Source of the DNA: Myxococcota bacterium
Lineage (GTDB): Bacteria > Myxococcota > JACRCW01
Reading direction: 5' to 3'
DNA: 19,985 nt
Assembly (NCBI GenBank): GCA_040752415.1
Contig: JBFMGU010000199.1
Coordinates: forward strand, 1-19,985
Position numbers and translations under genes: made by a program
Notes under the pieces: model-generated
Told to the model about the DNA's origin: nothing
The model's input: only the letters and a program-made list of their open reading frames with translations
Database searches by the model: none
In this document: one piece after another, positions 7,809-17,000 of the stretch
How positions within the stretch are numbered: the stretch's first letter is position 1
Layout of the letters: each line of letters starts with the position of its first letter

Positions 7809-8666
7809 GTGGCGGTGGTTTTGACCGACGAGATGAGGGCCGTGCTGGCCGAGCTTCAACCGGCGACCAGCCCGGAGGAGCTGCAAGCACTGATGTCGCG
7901 CCTGGCGGCGCCGTTGCAGAGCTTTGTGCGGGAGGTGATGGAGCCCGATCAGTCCGTCACCGACACGCGGACCGAGCTTCAGGACCTCTACCTGCTGCTC
8001 TACTCGGACCGCGTGGCGCTCAACGCCGTGGGCTTCACGGAAGTGGAACGGCAGCGCCTCCGCGACGCCGTGCGCGCGCTGCTGACGGTCGACGGCGTCT
8101 TCACCAAGCAGATCCGCTTTGGCGAGTGGCGGCCCCGCAGCGTGGAGGAGGTGTGCAAGGCCAGCGTCCCATGGCGGGGCAAGCTGCGCGTCAAGGCGGC
8201 GCAGGCGTTCTTCTTCGACGACGCCAAGGTCGCCACGTACCAGGACCACAACGCCACGGGGACGTTGGAGGAGGAGGAGCTGGACCTGAAGACCCTGGTG
8301 GCGGCGGCCAAGCAGGACGCGGCGGAGCTGGAAGCGGTGGGATTCACGGCGGATGACCTCCGCGAGGGGGAGCGGCTGCTGGCGGAGGCGGAGGGCCGCG
8401 ACATCCTCGGGGTGATCGGGATTCGCACGCAGGCGGACATGAAGCTGACACGGAACAAACTGCTGACGCTGTGCGTGCTCCTGGCGCGACACGCGCGGAC
8501 CGCCGCCGCCAGCGCTCACTGGAACAACCCGGATGCCGCCGCGCGGTTCGAGCGCGTGAGCTTCCGCAACGCCATCCGCCGAATCCGTCCCGCGCGCGCG
8601 ACCAACGGGGCCTCCTCGGGCAACGCGCCCACTCCCACGCCGGTCACCGAGCCCGTGGACGCCTGA
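7809..8666 (+). CDS. Hypothetical, predicted mostly alpha-helical protein (~285 aa) with an internal repeat and a basic C-terminal patch
   Basis: GGGGAGG before GTG 7809 and strong GC3 codon bias. No signal peptide or TM segment. The motif L-x-AVGFT occurs twice, 103 aa apart. The tail is RNAIRRIRPARA followed by low-complexity sequence. Confidence 0.8.
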   Translation: MAVVLTDEMRAVLAELQPATSPEELQALMSRLAAPLQSFVREVMEPDQSVTDTRTELQDLYLLLYSDRVALNAVGFTEVERQRLRDAVRALLTVDGVFTKQIRFGEWRPRSVEEVCKASVPWRGKLRVKAAQAFFFDDAKVATYQDHNATGTLEEEELDLKTLVAAAKQDAAELEAVGFTADDLREGERLLAEAEGRDILGVIGIRTQADMKLTRNKLLTLCVLLARHARTAAASAHWNNPDAAARFERVSFRNAIRRIRPARATNGASSGNAPTPTPVTEPVDA

Positions 8667-8706
8667 GCACTTCCCCGGAGGCGTCCGCGTCATGCGTTGA
8701 CGCCGC

Positions 8707-8869
8707 CTCGTCCTCATCACGGCTGCCCTGACGACAGACTTCCAGGACGCAACGGCCGCCCCCAATGGCGCGCCGCGTCCCGCTCGACGCAGGGCTGGAA
8801 CCCGTCGTTGCGCAGCGTGCCCAGGGCCCATCCGTCGCTGCCGTTGGAGAACAGCCACAGCACGGTCCC
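8707..8869 (-). repeat. Direct repeat copy A (163 bp): an orphan 3' fragment of the gene ending at 18379
   Basis: Aligns without gaps to 18369-18531 with 13 mismatches (92%). Translates as GTVLWLFSNGSDGWALGTLRNDGFQPCVERDAARHWGRPLRPGSLSSGQP*; the homologous 5' part of the gene is absent. Confidence 0.9.
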
Positions 8870-8905
8870 ATGGGAAGGATGGGACAGAGGAGGGCGTGGA
8901 CGGCG

Positions 8906-11017
8906 TCAGGGCAAGCCGAGAATGGAGCTGGGTGTCACCGAGAAACCGCGGCCTGTGCCGGTTGCGCCGCTGCTGTCGTAGCCCCAGGTGGCGACGTTGA
9001 AGTCCGTGTCAATTCCGCCCGGCGCACCCTGTCCGTGACCAAGTTGATCAAAAACAAGATTGGTGGTGACCGGCGTGGGGAAGCTGCGGTTGACGCTGCC
9101 ACCGTAGCCCAGGTTCCCGGTCTCCCCATAGCCCCAGCAGTAGGTGTCATGGGCGAGAGTGGTCATGCAGGTACCCAGTGCGAAGGCACTGAGGTCCAGG
9201 ACCCCGTCGGGAAAGGTCAGGACGGACGCAGGGGTGAGCACGGTGGAATTCGTTGATCCCACACCAAGCTGTCGGTAGGTGTTGCCACCCCAGCATTTGA
9301 TGTTCACGCCGTCGGTGGCGCAGGTGTGATCAAACCCGGCGCTGACGTGGGTGTAGCCGGAGGTGAGGCCGGTGGCGGTTTGGGCGTTCGACCAGTTGAA
9401 GGTGTCGTTGGTGCCAAGCTGGCCGGAGGTGTTGAGGCCCCAGCACTTCACCGCACCGCTCGACGTCCACGCACAGGTATGGGCGTACCCGGCCGACACG
9501 CCCACCGCGCCGGAGATGTTCAGCACACCCGCCAGGAAGGCGTCAGCGGCCAGGACGTCGACGGTGGTGCCGCCGTTGCCCAGCTGGTGGTTGGTGTCCT
9601 GGCCCCAGCACTTGACGTCGCCGGAGCTGAGGACGGCGCACGTGTGGTTCTGACCGCAGGAGATGTCCACCACCCCGGAGCTGAGTCCGTTGGGCTGGAC
9701 CGGAGTTGCGGAGTTGGTTCCCTGGCCATCCCCCAGCTGGCCGTAGATGCCACTGCCCCAGCAGTACATGGCGCCACCGGAAGTCAGAGCACAGGAATGG
9801 CTGACGCCCACGGACACTTTGACCACGTTGCTCAGACCGGAGACCTGGACCGGCACCGCGCGTCGGGCGTCGGTGAAGTTCTGGCCCAGCGCTCCCGCGG
9901 AGTTCTCACCGCTGCAGTAGACGTTGCCCCCCGACGCAAAGCAGCAGTGCTGAGAACCGCAGGAGAGGTCGGCGCCCGCGGCTCCAGCGCTGCCGGCGAC
10001 CGGTGCGGGAACGTAGGAAGAGCCAAAGTACCCATTTCCCATCTGTCCGCCGGAATTCTGGCCCCACGCGCGCACGGAGCTTGCGGTCCGCGCGATGGTG
10101 AAGTCGTAACCGGCGACAATCTCCACCACGTTGCTGAGGCCGGACACCGTCAATGGCACGCCGCTGGATGTCGTCGAGCCGTCGCCGAGCTGCCCGTAGC
10201 CATTGGAGCCAAAGCAGCTGATGTCCCCGTTGGAAAGGATGGCGCACGTATGACTGAAACCGGCGGTGACGTAGGTGGCCGCGCCCACGCCGGTGACCTC
10301 CGCGGGACTGTATTGGGGATTGGTGTTGCCGGCGCCCTGGCCCAGCTGCATGTAGAAGTTGGAACCCCAACAGAACACCTTGCCGCCGTTGGCGGTGTCG
10401 TGCGCGCAGGTGTGACTGCCGCCCGCTGAAATCTGGTCCACCGCCGTCAGAGTTGCCACCGTCACTGGAACGTTGGAATCGGTCCCGGCGCTGTTGCCCA
10501 GCTGTCCGGACCCGCCTTCACCCCAGCAGGCCGCCGTTCCGTCGCTCCGCCTGGCACAGGTGTGGAAGCCCCCAACCGTGACGGTGTCCGCGTTCGTCAG
10601 GGAGCTCACCTGCACCGGAGTGTTCGACGCCGTGAACGTTCCGTTGCCCAGCTGTCCGGAGGTGTTGTCGCCCCAACAGTAGACCACGCCCGTGGAGAGA
10701 CGCGCGCAGCTGTGCTCATAACCGGTCGACACCGCCGTGGCCGTTCCCAGCGCGGTCAGCGCGGTGACTTCCTGTGGGTTGGTCTGGCTGTTGTAGTTGC
10801 CCAGGCCGAGCGCACCGCGGTTTCCAGTGCCCCAGCAATAGACCTTGCCTGACGTCCCCAACGCGCACTGATGGTACAGGCCCTTTGCCACCTGGGTGGC
10901 CGTCTCTGGCATGACAGGCTCAGAAGGCGTTCCGCCCCAGCACTTCACCGCACCGGTGTCGCTGGTCACGCACGTCTGCGTCGCAAGACTGCCCTTGCCC
11001 AGCGCCGCCACGTTGAA
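8906..11017 (-). repeat. 14 RCC1/BLIP-II-like repeats (probably two 7-bladed propellers) in the giant protein
   Basis: Units of about 50 aa with the pattern V..VSAG..HTCA....G.V.CWG.N..GQLG.G.......P..V..L. Confidence 0.85.
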
Positions 11018-14000
11018 CGGATTGGTCCAGGTGTGTTTTGTGTCGAAGGCGGACACCGTTCCAAACGCGTCCGTGGCGCGAACCTGGAAAGAGTGGGACG
11101 CGGCGGTCACGGTGGCGGTGTACGGGGACGTGCACGTCGAGAAACTCGCGCCATCCAGCGAACACTGGAACGTACAGGCCGCCTCACTGCAGACAAAGGA
11201 GATGCTGATGTTGGTGTCGGAGGAGACCTTCGCTGGTGCACTGGTGATGGTGGTGACCGGCGGCGTGGTGTCAATGGTCCAGGAGTACGTCTCCGGCGTG
11301 ACATCGACGTTCCCCGCGCTGTCGGTGCAGTACACCGAGAACGTGTGGAAACCGTCCAGGAGGTAGATGGCTGCCCCAGAGGTGCAGGTGTACGGCGAGC
11401 CTCCATCAATCTGGCAGGTGGCATTGCAGGTCTCCCCGCTCACCGCCCGGAAATTGAAGGTGGAAGACGTGCTGGTGGAGGATGAAGGGGGTGTGACCGT
11501 GATCTGGGTGACCGGCGCAATGGTGTCCTGGGTCCAGGCGCTGGACGTAGGCGTGGCGTCCACGTTGCCGGCAGGATCCACGGCGCGCACTCTCAGGCGA
11601 TTGAACCCCTCCACGGTGTTCCCCTCGGTGATCTGGTACGGCGACGTGCAGGGCGTGTATGGGCCGGTGATGGGGCAATTGTTGTAGCAACACTCAAACG
11701 TGGCCGTGGGGTCGTCTGGCGAGTTGAAGGTGATGGTCGGCGTGGTGTCGTTGGTGGGGTTGGTGGGGCCGCTGACAATGGCGGTGTTGGGAGCCGTCAG
11801 ATCGATCGTCCACGTGTACACGGTTTCCACGCCAGAAAGGCCCACGGCGTCGGTGGCGTAGACGCGGAACGTGTGGGAGCCGGCGGTCTGCCCGCTGTAG
11901 CTCGTCGGGGACGTGCAGCTTGCAAAGGAACCACTGTCCAGGCGACACATGAAGGAACACCCGGATTCGCTGCAGGTGAATTGGAAGGACGGCGCCGTGC
12001 TGTTGGTGGGATTGTTGGGCGCACTGTCGATGGTGACGGTGGGAGCCGTGTAGTCGGTCCGCCACGTGTATGAGGTCGGGCTGCCCTGATTCCCCAGCGT
12101 GTCTGTCGCCCGGACCTGGAAGGTGTGTGTGCCCTCGCTGATGTTGTTGTAGGTCTGGCCGGAGTCGCAGACGGTGAAGCCTCCCGCGTCAAAAGCACAC
12201 TCGTAGCCGCTCACGCCTTCATCGGCGGAGAAGAGGAACACGGCCAGGTTGACGGATGTGGGGTCCTGCGGACCGTCGTTGATCGTGATCACGGGGCCCG
12301 CCGTGTCAATGGTCCAGCTGAATGTGGATTCCGTCGTGTCGGGGTTGCCCGCGGGGTCCACGGCGCGGACATGGAAGACGTGGGATCCATCGCTCAGGCC
12401 CGCCAGTGTGTGGGGCGACGAGCAGGGAGCGAAGGTGGCGGCATCCAGGCGACAATCAAACGTGCTTCCAACCTCGGTGGCGTGGAAAGCGAAGGTCGCG
12501 GCGGTGGCGTTGGTGGGGTGGGCCGGGGTGGAATCCATGACGGTGTCCGGGGGCGTCAGGTCCACCACCCAGCTGTACACGGCCGGTGTTGGATCCACGT
12601 TGCCCACGCTGTCCGTGGCACGCACGCGGAAGTTGTGGGTGGCCTCCGAGAGCCCGCCGTAGAGGCGGGGGTTGCTGCAGGTGAAGAATCCGCCGAAGTC
12701 CAACTCGCACTCAAACGTGCTTCCTCCCTCATTGGAGGTGAAACCAAAGTTGGCGTTGGTGATGTTCGTCGGGTTCCCGGGTTGTTCAATGAGGGTGGTT
12801 TCTGGTGGCGTCAGGTCGATGACCCAGCTGAATGAGGCCATCACCAGGTCTGTGTTCCCCACGGGGTCGGTGGCGCGGACGTCAAACATGTGGCTGCCAG
12901 CGGGCAGCGACGTGAACGTGATGGGGGAAGTGCAGGGGCCAAAGCCCGCGGCATCCAGCTGACACTCAAAGGTGCAGCCCGTCTCCGACGCATCAAAAGT
13001 GAACGTGGCGCTGGTCTGGTTGGTGGGGTCCGCGGGTGTGCCGCTGATGGTGGTGCTGGGGGGAGTCGTATCAATGACCCAGGTGAACGTTGCGTCAGCG
13101 GCATCCGTGTTCCCCGCGGGGTCGGTGGCGCGCACGCGGAACGTGTGAGTGCTCTCGGACAGGCCCGAGAACGCGTGCGGGGACGAGCACGTGGAGAAGC
13201 CACCTCCATCCAATTCGCACTCAAAGGTGCTTCCCGTTTCCGTCGCGGTGAACGTGAAACTCGCGGAGGTCTGGTTGGTGGGGTTGTTGGGCTGCGCGGT
13301 GATGTTGGTGTCCGGCGGAGTGCGGTCCACGGTCCAGGTGAAGCTCGCCGCCGAAGTGTCGGTGTTTCCTGCGGGGTCGGTAGCGCGTACCCGGAACGTA
13401 TGGGTGCTCTCGCCCAGGCCGGTGAAATCGCGCGGGGAAGCGCAAGGTGTGAATCCACCAGCATCCAGCTCGCACTCAAAGCTGCTCCCCGTCTCGGTCG
13501 ACGTGAACGTGAACGTGGCGGAAGTCTGGTTCGTGGGGTTGTTGGGCTGGCCGGTGATGTTGGTGTCTGGTGGTGACTGGTCAATGACCCACGTGTAGCT
13601 GGCGGGGCTGGTGTCGACGTTCCCGGCAGGATCGGTTGCCCGCACTTCAAAGGCATGGCTGGCAGCGCTCAAACCGGAGAAGGTCCGGGGCGACGTGCAG
13701 GCAGAGAACCCGCCGCCGTCCAGCTGGCACTCAAAGGTGCTGCCCGTCTCTGTGGCCGAGAACGAGAAGGATGCGCTGGTGAGGTTGGTGGGGTTGTTGG
13801 GCTGCGCGGTGATGTTGGTGTCGGGCGGCGTTTGATCAATGACCCACGTGAAGGTGGCCGGTGACGCATCGGTGTTTCCGGCGGGGTCGGTGCCGCGCAC
13901 GCTGAAGGTGTGGCTGCCCACGGACAGACCTGAGTAGCTGCGCGGTGCCGTGCACGACGAGAAGCCCGTGCCATCCAGGTCACACTCAAAGCTGCTTCCG

Positions 14001-17000
14001 GTTTCCGTTGCCGAGAAACTGAAGCTGGCGCTGGTCTGGTTGGTGGGGTTGTTGGGTTGCGCAGTGATGCTGGTGTCCGGCGGCGTGCGGTCGACCACCC
14101 ACGTGAAGGTGGCTGCCGATGCATCGGTGTTGCCCGCCGGGTCCGTGGCTCTCACGCTGAACACGTGGGTCGACTCGGACAGCCCGGAGTAGGTGCGGGG
14201 AGAGGTACACGCCGCAAAGCCGCCCCCGTCGAGATCGCACTCAAAGGTGCCGCCCTCCGTCGAGGTGAAGCTGAACGTGGCGGAGGTCTGGTTGGTGGGG
14301 TTGTTGGGTTGTGCGGTGATGCTGGTGTCGGGCGGCGACTGGTCAATGACCCAGGTGAACGTTGCTGCAGAAGCATCGGTGTTCCCGGCGGGGTCGATGG
14401 CGCGGACCTGGAAGGTGTGGCTGGTGGCCGACAATCCCGTGAAGTCGCGCGGAGACGCGCATGTCGTGAAGCCGCCGCCGTCCAGCTGGCACTCAAAGGT
14501 GCTGCCCGTCTCCGTGGCGGAGAACGAGAAGGACGCGCTGCTGAGGTTGGTGGGGTTGTTGGGCTGCGCGGTGATGTTGGTGTCGGGCGGCGTCTGATCA
14601 ATGACCCACGTGAAGGTGGCCGGTGACGCATCGGTGTTCCCGGCGGGGTCGGTGCCACGCACGCTGAAGGTGTGGCTGCCCACGGAGAGACCTGAGTAGC
14701 TGCGCGGTGCCGTGCACGACGAGAAGCCGCCGCCATCCAGGTCACACTCAAAGGTGCTTCCGGTTTCCGTTGCCGAGAAACTGAGGGTGGCGCTGGTCTG
14801 GTTGGTGGGGTTGTTGGGTTGCGCAGTGATGCTGGTGTCCGGCGGTGTGCGGTCGACCACCCACGTGAAGGTGGCTGCCGATGCATCGGTGTTGCCCGCC
14901 GGGTCCGTGGCTCTCACGCTGAACACGTGGGTCGACTCGGACAGCCCGGAATAGGTGCGGGGAGAGGTACACGCCGCAAAGCCGCCGCCGTCGAGATCGC
15001 ACTCAAAGGTGCCGCCCTCCGTCGAGGTGAAGCTGAACGTGGCGGCGGTCTGGTTGGTGGGGTTGTTGGGTTGTGCGGTGATGCTGGTGTCGGGCGGAGT
15101 CTGGTCAATGACCCAGGTGAACGTTGCTGCAGAAGCATCGGTGTTCCCGGCGGGGTCGATGGCGCGGACCTGGAAGGTGTGGCTGCTTGCGGAAAGGCCA
15201 GCAAAGTTCCGCGGAGACGTGCACGCAGTGAACCCCGTTCCGTCCAACTGGCACTCAAAGGTCCCCCCGCCTTCCGTGGCGCTGAAGGTGAAAGACGCAG
15301 TGCTCAGGTTCGTCGGGTTGTTCGGCTGGGCGGTGATGCTGGTGTCCGGCGGGGACTGGTCCACCACCCAGGAGAAGGACGCGGGCGATGGGTCTGGATT
15401 TCCGGCGGGGTCGATGGCGCGGACCTCAAAGGTGTGAGCGCCCTCCGTGACGGTGTAGCTACGCGGCGAAGCGCAGCTGGAGAAGCCACCGTTGTCCAAC
15501 TGGCACTCAAAGGCGCTGCCTGTCTCCGTGCTGGTGAATGTGAAGTTGGCGGCGCCCTGGTTGGTGGGGTTGAGCGGGTGGGTGCTGACGCTGGTGTCAG
15601 GCGGCACGCGGTCAATGTTCCACGTGAACGACGCCGGGGAACCGTCGATGTTGCCGGCGACATCCACGGCGCGCACCAGGAAGTTGTGGCTGCCCCCCGG
15701 CAGTGCGCTGTAGCTGGCGGGTGAGCTGCACGGAGCAAATGCAGCACCGTCCAGAGAGCATTCAAAGGAGGACGTTTCCGACGAGCTGAAGGTGAACGCG
15801 GCGGAATCCAGGTTGGTGGGATCCAGCGGGCCACTTGTGATGCTGGTGTTGGGGGGCGTGCGGTCTATCGTCCAGGTGTGGAGCGCGGCGGTGGCGTCGG
15901 TGTTGGTGGCGGCGTCAGTGGCGCGGACTTCAAAGGTGTGCTCGCCCTCGGAAAGGCCGGAGTAGCTCTTGGGCGACGTGCAGGCGGAGAAGGCCCCAAG
16001 GTCGAGGGAGCACTCGAAGGAGCAGGAACCCTCGTCGCAGGAGAACGTGAAACTGGCCGCGGTGGCGTTGGTGAGGGCGGGCGGGCCGGACGCAATGGAG
16101 GTCTCCGGTCGCGCCGTGTCCACAAACCAGCGGTATTCCGCCGGTGTGGTGTCCGCGTTGCCCACGGAGTCGGTGGCGGCCACGGTGAAGACGTGTTCCC
16201 CGTCGGCAAGGGCGGTGAGGTTTTGGGGGGAGATGCAATCCGCCGGAGCGGCTCCGTCCAGCGAACACCGGAAGGTGCAACCCGACTTGCTGCAGGTGAA
16301 CTCCACGGACACGGAGGTGTGGTTGTCCGGCGTGGGCGGGAACACCGTGATGAGGGTGTCCGGGACCTGCAAGTCCACGTTCCATGCGTGCTGCGCGGGC
16401 GAGGGGTCCGGATTGCCGGCCTCGTCGGTGGCGCGCACCTCGAACAGGTGAGGTCCTTGGCTGAGACCGCTCACCGAGTGGGGCGAGACGCACAGCTCAA
16501 ACGCGCCGCTGTCCAGCCGACACTCCAGCGTGCAGGGAGCCTCATCACAGGTGAATGCAAAGACCGCGGTGTCAAAACCGTTGGGATCCTGCGGAGCGGA
16601 AACGAACGCGACGTTGGGGGCGTCGGTGTCCACGCGCCAGGAATGGTCCGCCAACCCGGAAACATTGCCCGCGGCGTCGGTGGCGCGGACCTGGAACGCG
16701 TGATTGCCGTCCACAACGTTTCCGTAGGCCTGCGGGGAAGTACACGCGGTGAATCCGGCGCCATCCAGGTTGCACTCAAAGCCGCAGGGGTCCTCGGAAC
16801 AGGTGAATGTGAATTGGGCGGTGGAGCTGCCGACGGGATTGGAGGGGCCGCTCGTCACCGTCACACCGGGGCCCACGGTATCCACGGTGAACGTCACCTG
16901 CAGCGGGGAAGGGTCAACGTTGCCCGTCTGGTCCAGCGCGTAGACCTCAAAGACGTGTTGGCCATCCTCCAGGTCACGCAGCGTCTGCGGAGAGGTGCAC

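Noticed and set aside
6223..8858. Minus-strand ORFs 6223-7572 and 7569-8858
   Set aside because: Antisense to the porin and the hypothetical gene, with no recognisable motifs.
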